Source: Candidatus Moraniibacteriota bacterium (lineage in GTDB: Bacteria; Patescibacteriota; Minisyncoccia; Moranbacterales; UBA1568). Taken from it: DNA of 64,000 bases. Shown piece by piece: positions 46,261-56,423 of this stretch (positions are counted from its first letter, which is position 1; every line of letters begins with the position of its first letter). The translations under genes and the position numbers were made by a program. The notes below the pieces were generated by a model. It was not told where the DNA came from. It saw nothing but the letters and a program-made list of their open reading frames with translations, and made no database searches. Location: the NCBI GenBank assembly GCA_016182385.1, contig JACPGV010000002.1:253190-317189 (forward strand), written 5' to 3'.

Positions 46261-48398
46261 TTTTTCGCCTCGTTTGGCTCAACATAGAGTGGTCGAATTT
46301 TTTCAAAAAGAATAAGGGGATGTTGTTCGTCTTCATCATCGTCCGATGAAGGATCGAAACCGCCCGTGGAAAACTCATCAATAGAATATTTTTCTACACG
46401 ATCCTTTTTTAGTTTTTTTGCCTCCTTCTTAGAAATCTCTTTTCCTGTTTTTTTATCAAAATAAATAGTTTTTCCGTTTCCGAGTTTGATTTGAAGTTGT
46501 AAAGAGGGATCGAGGGGCTGATAAGGTGTGAATCCGGTTTCCGGAAAATGGACAAGAGCGGTATTCATAAATGCTCGCCAAATGGGAGCGGCGACATAAA
46601 TACCATCAGACCCTGTTTTCATGGGTTGGTTATCATTATTACCGACCCATACGGCAACCGCTATTGATGGTGTATAGCCGACAGTCCAAGCATCACGAAA
46701 ATTTTGTGTTGTTCCGGTTTTGGCGGCAACGGTGACGCCTCCTTTGAAAGCAAGAGGGCTATTCGATCCAAAGGTAGGTATACGGGCAACGTTATCGGAG
46801 AGTATGGAATTTATTTTGCGCGCAATTTCCGGATCAAGCACGCGGACAGTATCGGTATCCTCAAAGACGGTTTCATTGTTCTGGCGATCGGTAATTTTTA
46901 TTATAGGTTTGATTGGGTGACGCATACCTTCTTGCGAAAAAACGGAAAAAGCGCTGGCCATATCGATTGGCTTGACTTCCGCTCCGCCCAAGACCAAGGC
47001 GAGTCCATAACGGTGGGGATCGGTAAGTGTGGTGATACCCATACGCGTAGCGAGCGCAATCGTGTCAGTGACGCCAGCAAGGGCAACTGTTTGTACGGCG
47101 GGAATATTGAGCGACATGGAAAGGGATTGACGCATCGTGAGTAGACCATGGAAACGGCCGTCGTAGTTATTGGGAATATAATGTTCCCCACTCCCGTCGG
47201 CACCAAAATCCATAGGAATGTCGTACAGCGGTGTTTCTGGTTGGAATCCTTTTTCGAAAGCGGCCGCATACGCGAAAGGTTTGAAGGATGATCCGGGTTG
47301 GCGGGTACGAACGGTAACATTGACATTGCCATCGATTGTTTTGTCAAAGTAGTCCTTGGAACCAACCATGGCGAGCACCTCACCGTTTTTGGCGTCGAGC
47401 GCGACCAGTGCCGCGTTGTTGGCTCCGCGGGTGATATTTTTTGCGGCGCCATCACGAACAGCTTTTTCAGCGGCGAGTTGGAGTTCATAATCAAGCGTGG
47501 AAGAGATTTTCAATCCTTCCGTTTGCAATCTTTTTTTGCCGTAGATTTTTGCCAATTCATCGAGAACATAAAAAACAAAGTGGGGGGCGAGAATACGGCG
47601 CTCGAGAGGTTGTACTTTGGCGAGCGTATCACCGTTTATGACGGCGATTGATTCTTCCTCAGAAATGAAATCAAGTTCGGCCATTTTTTGAGCGATGTTG
47701 TGTTGACGATTGATAAGCGCTTCGGTGTTTCCGCCATAGGGTGAAAATCCGCTTGGTGAGTTGGGAAGGGCGGCAAGGAGAATACTTTCATCAAGTGTCA
47801 GTTCATGAGCGCTTTTATGGAAAAAAGTTTGGGCAGCCGCTTCGATACCATAAGCATTGGAACCATACGGTATGGCATTGAGATAGAGATCAAGAATTTG
47901 ATCTTTATCAAAATTGGCGTCTATTTTCACGGCAAGGAAGGCTTCACGAATTTTTCGTTCCCATGAGCGTTGACGATTCAGAAAAAGGCTTCGGGCCAAT
48001 TGTTGGGTGATGGTTGAGGCTCCCTGTTCGATATCCCCACTCACGAGGTTGATTTTGAGAGCTCTTAAAATAGCGAGAGGATCGACGCCGTTGTGAGAAT
48101 AAAAGTGAATATCCTCAGCGGCAATCGTCGCTTGACGGACAGTATTCGGAATGGCATCGTGGGGAATCACAATGCGATTTTCTTCATCATAAAAACGATA
48201 GAGTTCATACGTGCCGGTACGATCATAGAGAATGGAGGTTTCGTTGAGAGAGGCCGTGGATATTTCCTCGACCTCCGGCGTAAGAAAAAAATACGCCCAA
48301 AAAAGCGCTCCCATGAAACAGGCAGCGATGACACTTCCGGAAAAAAGAAACCAGTGTCGGAGAAAAAAATTATTTGTTTTTTGTCGTCTTCGCATCAT
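46257..48398 (-). CDS. class A penicillin-binding protein (transglycosylase GT51 + transpeptidase)
   Basis: The GT51 region reads …EDIHFYSHNGVDPLAILRA…GASTITQQLARSLFL. The transpeptidase has SxxK (GSSFKPF), SxN and KTG(T) (KTGTT). Confidence 0.9.
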   Translation of the reverse strand: MMRRRQKTNNFFLRHWFLFSGSVIAACFMGALFWAYFFLTPEVEEISTASLNETSILYDRTGTYELYRFYDEENRIVIPHDAIPNTVRQATIAAEDIHFYSHNGVDPLAILRALKINLVSGDIEQGASTITQQLARSLFLNRQRSWERKIREAFLAVKIDANFDKDQILDLYLNAIPYGSNAYGIEAAAQTFFHKSAHELTLDESILLAALPNSPSGFSPYGGNTEALINRQHNIAQKMAELDFISEEESIAVINGDTLAKVQPLERRILAPHFVFYVLDELAKIYGKKRLQTEGLKISSTLDYELQLAAEKAVRDGAAKNITRGANNAALVALDAKNGEVLAMVGSKDYFDKTIDGNVNVTVRTRQPGSSFKPFAYAAAFEKGFQPETPLYDIPMDFGADGSGEHYIPNNYDGRFHGLLTMRQSLSMSLNIPAVQTVALAGVTDTIALATRMGITTLTDPHRYGLALVLGGAEVKPIDMASAFSVFSQEGMRHPIKPIIKITDRQNNETVFEDTDTVRVLDPEIARKINSILSDNVARIPTFGSNSPLAFKGGVTVAAKTGTTQNFRDAWTVGYTPSIAVAVWVGNNDNQPMKTGSDGIYVAAPIWRAFMNTALVHFPETGFTPYQPLDPSLQLQIKLGNGKTIYFDKKTGKEISKKEAKKLKKDRVEKYSIDEFSTGGFDPSSDDDEDEQHPLILFEKIRPLYVEPNEAKN

Positions 48399-48495
48399 AA
48401 ATCAATAATAGAACGTTATTGGCAAGTCGTCACTTCTATTTGGTTTTAAGTCTTTTTTGGTGTAATCTGGAAATATCCTTTGTAGCACATATTGT

Positions 48496-49002
48496 ATGAT
48501 ATTGCCAGTCTCACGACCTGTATTCGTTTTTTTGAAGATGATCGGATGTCCGGTGGTTTGGGAGGTTTCGGTCGGTGCCGTTGTTTTTCGTATGGAAGAT
48601 AAAAGACGATTATATCTTCTTCTGCGCTATCCAAGCGGTCATTTTGATTTTGTCAAAGGACATATGGAAGAGGGAGAGACCGAGGAAATAACCCTTCGTC
48701 GGGAAACCATGGAAGAGACGGGTATAGAAGATTTGATTATTTATAAAAAAAGGACGAGTATTCGTTATTTTTATAGAGCGAAAGGAACCGAACGCGAGAA
48801 ACGTTTACGGCAAGGTCGCGGTACGTGGATATTCAAACAAGTGCATTTTTATCCGGCAGAAACAAAAGTGGAAAACGTGCGTATCTCCGAGGAGCATACC
48901 GGTGCGTTATGGTTGCCATATGAAGAAGCATTGGCGCAGGTGACCTTTGAGAATGCTCGGCGCGTTCTTTCCGAAACGGAAAACCATCTTGTTAAAAAGT
49001 GA
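48496..49002 (+). CDS. Nudix hydrolase
   Basis: The Nudix box is GHMEEGETEEITLRRETMEETGIE. The start is uncertain; an internal ATG at 48538 is also possible. Confidence 0.75.
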   Translation: MILPVSRPVFVFLKMIGCPVVWEVSVGAVVFRMEDKRRLYLLLRYPSGHFDFVKGHMEEGETEEITLRRETMEETGIEDLIIYKKRTSIRYFYRAKGTEREKRLRQGRGTWIFKQVHFYPAETKVENVRISEEHTGALWLPYEEALAQVTFENARRVLSETENHLVKK

Positions 49003-49107
49003 ATATTTTCTCAGGTGCTTTACAAAAACTAATTTTTGTAGTATAATTATACACTGGTTGGGCGTGTTTTTTTTGTTTAAAAAATCGATTTTTGGAAAAG
49101 CGTTTTT

Positions 49108-50760
49108 ATGTTGACACTGAAAAATATTCGAAAAATATATGGTACGAGACGAGTTCTCGAGAGAATTTCTTTTTCTCTTGGTGAAGGACAGAAGGTGGCC
49201 TTGGTCGGTCAAAATGGCGCCGGCAAATCAACTTTGCTTCGTATTATCGCTGGCAATGAATCACCTGATCGGGGAGAGGTGCAAAAACCAAACCGGGTTC
49301 TTATCGGATATCTTCCGCAAGAAATGATGGGTGAGTCTCGGGAAACACTATTGGATTATTTGCGTCGCGCGGCCGGTCTTATCGATTTGGAAGAAAAAAT
49401 GACGACCTTGGAATCGCGGCTTGAGAAGAGCGATGCTTTGACGATATATGAGGCGTATCAGGAAGAGTATCGACGTTTGGGAGGATATGACTTTGTACGT
49501 AAAGCGAAACGCGTTCTTACGGGACTGCGATTATCTTCTCTTGGACTCGATCGCCACGTAGACACTCTTTCTGGAGGAGAGAAGCGGAAAGCGGCGCTTG
49601 CCGGAGTATTGTTGCGTGGTGTTGATGTTTTGCTTCTTGACGAGCCGACCAACAATCTTGATTTGCCGGCGCTTTTGTGGCTGGAACGATATTTGAAGCG
49701 TTCCAAGGCAACCGTGATCATTGCATCGCACGATCGACGTTTTCTTGATCGTGTCGTAGAGAAAATTATTGAGATTGATTGGTACAAGCGTGAGGCGATA
49801 ATGTATGCTGGCAACTGGAGCGCTTATGCGGAAACGAAAGCACGCCTTTTCCGTAAGCTGAAAGAAGAGTATCGTTTGCAAGAAGAGGAACGATCTCGAC
49901 TGTTTGTTTCTATGGAGCAAAAAATGGATTGGGTGGAGCGTACAAAAAATAGCCGAGCGCCCGATAGAGACAAGCTTACTTCCAATTTCAAAAAAGAACG
50001 AGCGACGAAAAAATTCACCGCTTCCGCCAAAGCACTTGAAAGCAGAGAAAAACGTTTGCGCGCTGTCGACCGTCCGTTGGAGCGGCCGCCACTTATCATG
50101 CCGTTAACATTGAAAAACAAAGAGGGCGGTCGTATTGTTTTGCAAAAAGCGCGTTGTGGCTATCCGGGAGGATTTGTTTCTCAATTGATTGATCTCAAAA
50201 TTCCTTTTGGCACTCGAATAGCCTTTTTGGGCGATAATGGAGCGGGAAAATCCACGCTTCTTCAGACTGTTGCCGGTACGCTCCCTCTTGTACAAGGAAA
50301 AAGAACGTGTGGCAAAGAAGTTGTTTTCGGTTATTTGATGCAAGAACATGAGAACGTTCCATTGAAGGCCACGGTTTTTTCGTTTTTTCGTGAACGTACC
50401 GGAATGTTTGATCGGGATGTTTTTGTTGATTATTTGACACGTTACCAGTTTGCGCCGGACGTTTTGGATGATAAGGTGTGTACTTTCAGCCCCGGAGAGC
50501 GCGTGCGTTTGGTACTTTGTCTTTTGGCAATACTTGGCATGAATACGCTTCTTCTTGATGAACCGACCAATCATCTTGATCTTGAAGCGATTGAGGCGCT
50601 TGAGGAAGCACTGGAATATTTTCCTGGAACGGTTTTGCTTGTGACGCACGATCGACTTTTTCTTGAGCGTTTACGTATCGATACCTATTATTGTTTGGAA
50701 AATGGAGCGCTTTCCGTGATCGCTGATTATGCGACGTATGAAAAATCTTTTAAAATATAA
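49108..50760 (+). CDS. ABC-F family ATPase (second paralog)
   Basis: GQNGAGKSTLLRI…LSGGEKRKAALAGVL…LLLDEPTNNLD and GDNGAGKSTLLQT…FSPGERVRL…LLLDEPTNHLD, with a linker between. Confidence 0.85.
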   Translation: MLTLKNIRKIYGTRRVLERISFSLGEGQKVALVGQNGAGKSTLLRIIAGNESPDRGEVQKPNRVLIGYLPQEMMGESRETLLDYLRRAAGLIDLEEKMTTLESRLEKSDALTIYEAYQEEYRRLGGYDFVRKAKRVLTGLRLSSLGLDRHVDTLSGGEKRKAALAGVLLRGVDVLLLDEPTNNLDLPALLWLERYLKRSKATVIIASHDRRFLDRVVEKIIEIDWYKREAIMYAGNWSAYAETKARLFRKLKEEYRLQEEERSRLFVSMEQKMDWVERTKNSRAPDRDKLTSNFKKERATKKFTASAKALESREKRLRAVDRPLERPPLIMPLTLKNKEGGRIVLQKARCGYPGGFVSQLIDLKIPFGTRIAFLGDNGAGKSTLLQTVAGTLPLVQGKRTCGKEVVFGYLMQEHENVPLKATVFSFFRERTGMFDRDVFVDYLTRYQFAPDVLDDKVCTFSPGERVRLVLCLLAILGMNTLLLDEPTNHLDLEAIEALEEALEYFPGTVLLVTHDRLFLERLRIDTYYCLENGALSVIADYATYEKSFKI

Positions 50761-50886
50761 AAACATTCAAGGCAGAGTCAGCGTGTTGAAAATATTTTTT
50801 CATAATCGGGAAGTAAAAAGGTGAGATTGACAGGAGAGGTATTTTTTTGTACGCTTTATTGCACCAGATCAACGAGGAGAAGTGAG

Positions 50887-51372
50887 ATGAGGGCAAAGAC
50901 GGGTGTCGGGTTTATTCTTTCGTCCGTTGTTGACAAAGAAACGAAGTTTTTGGTTATCGAAGAACTTCGTGATAATGAAGAAATCTTTAAAAAAAGTGGA
51001 ATGATTTCATTTCCGCTTGAGACGATGGAGGAAGGAGAGTCGCCAAAGGAAACAATCTTTCGGCTTTTGGAAGAGGAGTTGGGGATTGCTTCACACGAAG
51101 TGGAAATTTCCGAAATACCAGGACAAAAATTTCGATTTTTTCCCGGAAAAAATATTGTTACGCGGTACGGATATGGTTTTTTGTTGGGCGACCCGTATCG
51201 GGCATTCACCCCCAAAGATACGGATATTCGTATTCGGGGATGGATGTCTATCGAAGAATTGAGGGGGTATGGCAATGTGCGAGTGGAAACACTCCCCATA
51301 CTCAATCATTTTGTAGCGTCTTATCGGGCGCGCTATATCGAAGGAAGACTTAGAGAGGTCTTTTTCGTATAG
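50887..51372 (+). CDS. Nudix hydrolase (second paralog)
   Basis: Nudix-box-like ETMEEGESPKETIFRLLEEELGI. GAGGAGA RBS 6 nt upstream of the ATG at 50887. Confidence 0.65.
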   Translation: MRAKTGVGFILSSVVDKETKFLVIEELRDNEEIFKKSGMISFPLETMEEGESPKETIFRLLEEELGIASHEVEISEIPGQKFRFFPGKNIVTRYGYGFLLGDPYRAFTPKDTDIRIRGWMSIEELRGYGNVRVETLPILNHFVASYRARYIEGRLREVFFV

Positions 51373-51384
51373 TAACGTCAAGAG

Positions 51385-52227
51385 CTATACAGCGTGCTTT
51401 GAAGCGCGCTGTTTTTTCTTTAAAGAAAGAGTTGTGTGGGGAAAGTATTTTTCTAAGAAAATGTTTGAATAATTTTTTGGTGCAAATCCATTAAAGATTT
51501 CAATATTTTTGAGAGTATTTTGACGAAGAGAAAGACAGGACTGTATTTTTCCGAGGAGACCTCCGGTGACATCGACATTATGTGATGAGGAAAGTTCGCT
51601 TTGATTTTTTACATCGAAAATATTGATGTGTTCGATGAGAGCGGCGTTTTTGTGGCGGTGAGGGTCACGCGTAAAGAGACCATCGATATCGGAAGCAAAA
51701 AATATTTTTTGTGCCTTGTATTTTTGAGAAAGAAAAGCGGCGATGGTATCACCCGAACAAACGGACATACCGAGAGTCGTATCAAAAACCATTTCACCGT
51801 AGAGGAGGGGAATGCAATTCTTTTCAAGGGCAGCGGTGATGGTGTTTGTTTGAAAATTTTTTATGTTTCCGTTTTTTTGTACAATGACGGAGGCGGTGTG
51901 GCATGGTGTTAGAGGGAGTCCGCTTTTTATAAAGATACGAGCGATAATATGGTTGAGTTTTTGATTGGCTTGTTGCGACAAAAAGGCCGCGTGCCATTTT
52001 TCTTTGTCGTTTCGCGTTCCTGCGTGGAGAGCGTATCGTTTGGCAAGATGATGTCCTGCAGCGCCTGATCCGTGAAGGAGAATGAGATGAAAAGGCTTTT
52101 TGGTGCGAGCAAAAGCGAGCGAACGCGCTATTTTTTCAAGAAGCGTCTGCCGTACGGTGAGTAATTCACGGTTTTTATAGGTGACCACGCTACCGCCAAT
52201 TTTGAGTATATAGAGTGGGAGTTTCAT
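51385..52227 (-). CDS. isopentenyl phosphate kinase / FomA-like amino-acid-kinase-family protein
   Basis: YILKIGGSVVTYK…HLILLHGSGAAGHHLAKRY… matches the IPK signature (G-G-S at the N-terminus, a His-rich glycine loop) and …IFFASDIDGLFTRDP…. IPK and FomA cannot be separated by eye. The start could also be the ATG at 52284. Confidence 0.6.
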   Translation of the reverse strand: MKLPLYILKIGGSVVTYKNRELLTVRQTLLEKIARSLAFARTKKPFHLILLHGSGAAGHHLAKRYALHAGTRNDKEKWHAAFLSQQANQKLNHIIARIFIKSGLPLTPCHTASVIVQKNGNIKNFQTNTITAALEKNCIPLLYGEMVFDTTLGMSVCSGDTIAAFLSQKYKAQKIFFASDIDGLFTRDPHRHKNAALIEHINIFDVKNQSELSSSHNVDVTGGLLGKIQSCLSLRQNTLKNIEIFNGFAPKNYSNIFLEKYFPHTTLSLKKKQRASKHAV

Positions 52228-52313
52228 GATATTACCATACCTCTTTTTCTTATTATGTCCAAAAAAGGCTTTGGCTTGCCTCATTTATTGCTTTCCGATA
52301 TACTATCTCGTAT

Positions 52314-53993
52314 ATGAAACAGCATATCAAAATTCGTTGGCATTTTGCCCTAGTTCTTTTGTTGGGACTTGTTTCTGGATTGATCGCTTATCCGCAGGTG
52401 GTATCGTTCTTTCCTTCTTTTTATGACGCGCTCAATGTTTTTCAGGTGCACAAAGGGCTTGATTTACAAGGCGGTATTCATCTTGAGTATAAGGCGGATA
52501 CATCGAATATTGCTGATGAAAAAGTTGAAGACGCTCTTTCCGCGGCGGAAGCGGTTATTGAACGACGCGTGAACGCGTTCGGTGTTGGTGAACCGCTCGT
52601 GCAGTTATCACGTTCCGGGTCAGAGCGACGAATCATTGTTGAATTGCCGGGAATAAAAGATATTGAACAGGCGAAAAAAATGATTAAAGAGACTCCTTTT
52701 TTAGATTTTCGCGAATCGGGCAACGAAGAACAGGGGCAGCAGTTTGATGATCTTAACAAGCAAACCAAAGAAAACGCTGAAAAAATATTGCTCGCGGCGC
52801 AATTGGCGGGAAGTGATTTTTCTGCGCTTGCTAAGGAACAAAGTCAGGATCCCGGATCAAAGGAAAATGGCGGTGATCTCGGTTTTGCCAAAAGGGGAGC
52901 ATACGTTCAGGCCTTTGACGATGTTGTTTTTGGTGATGCTTTGAAGGTTGGTGAAGTGTCTCCCAATCTTGTGGAAAGTCAGTTTGGCTGGCATATCATC
53001 AAGAAACTTGAAGAGCGGGGCGAGGGTGATGATCGAGAAGTGCGGGCGGCGCATATTCTCTTTGCCAAATATTCTTTGGATCAGTTTCCGGAATTGAAAT
53101 TTTCCCCGACGGGATTATCGGGCAAACATTTGAAAGACGCCTATGTCGACTATCAAAGTCAGGGTATTGGCTCTCCGCAGATCGCTCTCCGTTTTGATGA
53201 TGAAGGAACAAGACTGTTCGCTGAAATTACCAAGCGGAATATTGGCAAACCGGTAGCTATTTTTTTGGATAAGGAAATTATCAGTCAGCCGACGGTACAA
53301 AATGAAATTGTTGCCGGTCAAGCAGTGATTACCGGGAATTTTACGATGGCGGAAGCGAATGATCTTGTGAAGCGTCTTAATGAGGGCGCGCTTCCTGTGC
53401 CGATCACACTCGTCGGTCAACAATCGGTTGATGCGTCACTTGGTGAAGTCGCGTTACAAAAAAGTCTTCTGGCCGGTCTGGTCGGACTTGGGGCGGTGGC
53501 GGTTTTTATGATGCTCTACTATCGTTTACTAGGTATCGTAGCGGTGTTTGCCCTTCTTTTGTATACGGCGATGCTTCTTGCTTTGTTCAAACTTTCCATT
53601 TTTACGCCGTTTGCTATCACCGTAACACTCTCTGGTATAGCCGGATTCATTCTTTCTATTGGTATTGCGGTAGATGCCAACGTACTTATTTTTGAGCGTA
53701 CGCGTGAAGAGCTTTCTTATGGCAAAGGGGTGATCAAATCTATTCGCGAAGGCTTTCGTCGCGCGTGGCCGAGTATTCGTGATGGACACGTCTCGACACT
53801 TATCACGACGGTTATTCTTATGGGATTTGGCACCGGCTTTGTGAAAGGTTTTGCTGTCATTCTTTCGCTTGGTGTGTTGTTGTCGCTTTTTACAGCTGTT
53901 GTTCTTGTGCGTATCACGACCACGTTTCTCGCAGGAGAGTGGATGGAACGTCACGCCGCCTTGCTTGTTTCTCCTAAAAAACCCCTTGAATAA
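52314..53993 (+). CDS. secD: protein translocase subunit SecD, with inserted parvulin-type PPIase-like segment in the periplasmic domain
   Basis: N-terminal …VHKGLDLQGGIHLEYKAD…IERRVNAFGVGEPLVQLSRSGSERRIIVELPG and the C-terminal 6-TM SecD region (…FILSIGIAVDANVLIFERTREEL…). The internal segment …SDFSALAKEQSQDPGSKENGGDLGFAKRGAYVQAFDDVVFGDALKVGEVSPNLVESQFGWHIIKKL…VRAAHILF matches the PpiC rotamase consensus. Confidence 0.85.
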   Translation: MKQHIKIRWHFALVLLLGLVSGLIAYPQVVSFFPSFYDALNVFQVHKGLDLQGGIHLEYKADTSNIADEKVEDALSAAEAVIERRVNAFGVGEPLVQLSRSGSERRIIVELPGIKDIEQAKKMIKETPFLDFRESGNEEQGQQFDDLNKQTKENAEKILLAAQLAGSDFSALAKEQSQDPGSKENGGDLGFAKRGAYVQAFDDVVFGDALKVGEVSPNLVESQFGWHIIKKLEERGEGDDREVRAAHILFAKYSLDQFPELKFSPTGLSGKHLKDAYVDYQSQGIGSPQIALRFDDEGTRLFAEITKRNIGKPVAIFLDKEIISQPTVQNEIVAGQAVITGNFTMAEANDLVKRLNEGALPVPITLVGQQSVDASLGEVALQKSLLAGLVGLGAVAVFMMLYYRLLGIVAVFALLLYTAMLLALFKLSIFTPFAITVTLSGIAGFILSIGIAVDANVLIFERTREELSYGKGVIKSIREGFRRAWPSIRDGHVSTLITTVILMGFGTGFVKGFAVILSLGVLLSLFTAVVLVRITTTFLAGEWMERHAALLVSPKKPLE

Positions 53994-53999
53994 AAATTT

Positions 54000-54896
54000 A
54001 TGCTTCAGATTATTCAAAAAAGGATATACGCATACTGGTTTTCCGGCATCCTTACCGGTGCTAGTGTAGTTGCTCTTCTTTTTTTTGGATTGAATTTTGG
54101 TATTGACTTTAAAGGGGGAACACTCATGGAAGTGCAATTTACTCTTGAAACTATACCTTCGGTAGCAGAAGTAGAACAGCGTCTTACCGATCTTTCTTTG
54201 CAGAGTCTCACTATTCAACCGACCGATGACAATGGAATGTTACTTCGGTATCTTGCTTCCGATGAAGCCGCGAATGATAACGTACTTTCCAAGTTACGAG
54301 AGCTTGACGCTGGTATCATACAGCTTCGAACGGATTTTATTGGGGGATCAGTTTCCGATCAAATCAAGAAAAACGCTCTTTCTGGAATTATCCTCTCTAT
54401 TGTCGGTATCGCTTTGTATATCGCGTGGGCGTTTCGTCGCGTATCGGGCATAGTGACTTCGTGGGAGTACGGGATGGGTGCGATTATTGCCCTCGCACAC
54501 GACATCATTATCGTCATCGGCATTTTTGTTCTTTTGGGAAAGTATTCTGGCGTTGAGATTGGTGTACCGTTTATTGCGGCGCTTCTTACTATTCTTGGTT
54601 ATTCCGTCAACGATACCATCGTCGTTTATGATCGTGTACGCGAAAACCTCCTTCGCTCGGCGAGGAAAGAAGATTTTGAAGTCATCGTTAATCGTTCTCT
54701 CAATGAGACGCTTGGGCGTTCCATCAACACATCGCTTACTGTTATTATTACTCTTGTCGCCATTGTTCTTTTTGGTGGAGAAAGTATCAAGTGGTTTGGT
54801 GTCGCTTTGCTCGCCGGAGTGACCTTTGGTACCTATTCATCTATTTATATCGCGTCCGCTCTTTTGGTGACGCGCTACAAGATGAAGACGAAATAA
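54000..54896 (+). CDS. secF: protein translocase subunit SecF
   Basis: …LNFGIDFKGGTLMEVQF… with the C-terminal 6-TM region …LSIVGIALYIAWAFRR…, directly after secD. Confidence 0.85.
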   Translation: MLQIIQKRIYAYWFSGILTGASVVALLFFGLNFGIDFKGGTLMEVQFTLETIPSVAEVEQRLTDLSLQSLTIQPTDDNGMLLRYLASDEAANDNVLSKLRELDAGIIQLRTDFIGGSVSDQIKKNALSGIILSIVGIALYIAWAFRRVSGIVTSWEYGMGAIIALAHDIIIVIGIFVLLGKYSGVEIGVPFIAALLTILGYSVNDTIVVYDRVRENLLRSARKEDFEVIVNRSLNETLGRSINTSLTVIITLVAIVLFGGESIKWFGVALLAGVTFGTYSSIYIASALLVTRYKMKTK

Positions 54897-54915
54897 CGTA
54901 TAATAGAATAAAAGT

Positions 54916-55203
54916 ATGAAATGGAATCCATTTAAGAAAAAAGAAGAAGAGGTTGAATCAGTGCCCAATGTTCCCGGTATGCCCGATCCGAGCAAGATGG
55001 GAATGTTTGAGCGGATGGCGTATAAACGTTTTCTCAAGATGAGTCCCACGGAACGTGAAAAAGTGATGAAAAAAGCGCTAACGCCCAAAAATGTCGAGAA
55101 ACACAAAGGGGAGATACTGGCTTCTCTTGAGGCGATGCGCAAGAACAAACAAATTTCTGATGATCAGTATCGCTTGGCGAAAGCGAAATTCGGATTGAAA
55201 TAA
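54916..55203 (+). CDS. small hypothetical basic protein (95 aa)
   Basis: An ORF between secF and tyrS. Weak RBS, no domain. Confidence 0.3.
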   Translation: MKWNPFKKKEEEVESVPNVPGMPDPSKMGMFERMAYKRFLKMSPTEREKVMKKALTPKNVEKHKGEILASLEAMRKNKQISDDQYRLAKAKFGLK

Positions 55204-55208
55204 ATCAT

Positions 55209-56405
55209 ATGACACAGAGAGAACAACAAATAGAAGAACTTCTCACGCGTGGTGTTGTCGAAGTGATTGATCGTGAACATTTGCGAGCACGTCTTTTGAA
55301 GGGGGATACACTTCGTGTGAAGCTTGGCATTGATCCTACAAGCCCTAATATCCATTTGGGTCGTTCCATCCCGCTTCTGAAGTTACGCGATTTTCAGGAA
55401 CTTGGATGCCAAATCGTTTTGATCGTTGGTGATTTTACCGGAGTTATCGGTGATACGAGCGATAAAGAAAGTGAACGACCAATGCTTTCTCCTGATGTGA
55501 TCGAGAAGAATATGCAGACGTATACTGAACAGGTAGGAAAATTGATCAATCTTGAAAAGGCTGAGGTGCATTATAATTCCACGTGGTTGGAGAAGCTTCG
55601 TTATGAGGATATTGGTACGCAGGCGGACGCTTTTTCGCTCGCGGAGTTTATTGCGCGCGATAATATTCGTCGACGTCTTGACGACGGCAAACGCGTATCG
55701 CTTCGTGAAGTACTGTATCCTTTGATGCAGGGATTTGACAGTATCGCGGTAAACGCTGATGTGGAGATTGGCGGAACGGATCAACGCTTCAATTTACTCG
55801 CTGGACGAACGCTCCAGGCTCAACACGGACAAGCGCCACAAGATATTCTCATGACGAACTTAATTTTGGGTACGGATGGACGAAAAATGAGCTCAAGTTG
55901 GGGAAATACCATCAATCTTTTTGACACCCCTCAAGAGATGTTTGGTAAAGTGATGAGTATTCCCGACGAACTTATTATGGAATATCTTGTTCAGTGTACG
56001 CGCGTCTCGATGGCCGATATAGCCACGATGGCCGAAGAGATTGTTACCGGTGGTAATCCGCGTGATACCAAGGTGCGTCTTGCCAAAGAAATCGTTACAC
56101 TCTATCACGGCCAAGAAGCGGCCATGACAGCAGAAACGTATTTTGTCGAGACCTTTTCTCGAGGAGTGCTTCCGGAAAATGTTCGCGAGGTAGAAATTGA
56201 AGAAGGAATGAAAATTGTTGACGCGCTTGCGAGTGTCATGCTTGCCGCAAGCAAGTCTGATGCTCGTCGAAAAATAGAACAGGGCGGCGTCACGATTGCT
56301 GATGAAAAAATAACGGATGTGAATCAAGTGATGGAAAAACGTTTTGAGGGTAATGTGATGCGTGTCGGGAAAAAAGATTTTGTAAAAATTGTGATGAAAA
56401 AGTAA
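55209..56405 (+). CDS. tyrS: tyrosine--tRNA ligase (with C-terminal S4-like domain)
   Basis: GIDPTSPNIHLGRSIPLL (HIGH-type) … GRKMSSSWGN (KMSKS-type), and C-terminal …KSDARRKIEQGGVTIADEKI. Confidence 0.85.
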   Translation: MTQREQQIEELLTRGVVEVIDREHLRARLLKGDTLRVKLGIDPTSPNIHLGRSIPLLKLRDFQELGCQIVLIVGDFTGVIGDTSDKESERPMLSPDVIEKNMQTYTEQVGKLINLEKAEVHYNSTWLEKLRYEDIGTQADAFSLAEFIARDNIRRRLDDGKRVSLREVLYPLMQGFDSIAVNADVEIGGTDQRFNLLAGRTLQAQHGQAPQDILMTNLILGTDGRKMSSSWGNTINLFDTPQEMFGKVMSIPDELIMEYLVQCTRVSMADIATMAEEIVTGGNPRDTKVRLAKEIVTLYHGQEAAMTAETYFVETFSRGVLPENVREVEIEEGMKIVDALASVMLAASKSDARRKIEQGGVTIADEKITDVNQVMEKRFEGNVMRVGKKDFVKIVMKK

Positions 56406-56423
56406 AACTGTTACAATGGTATC

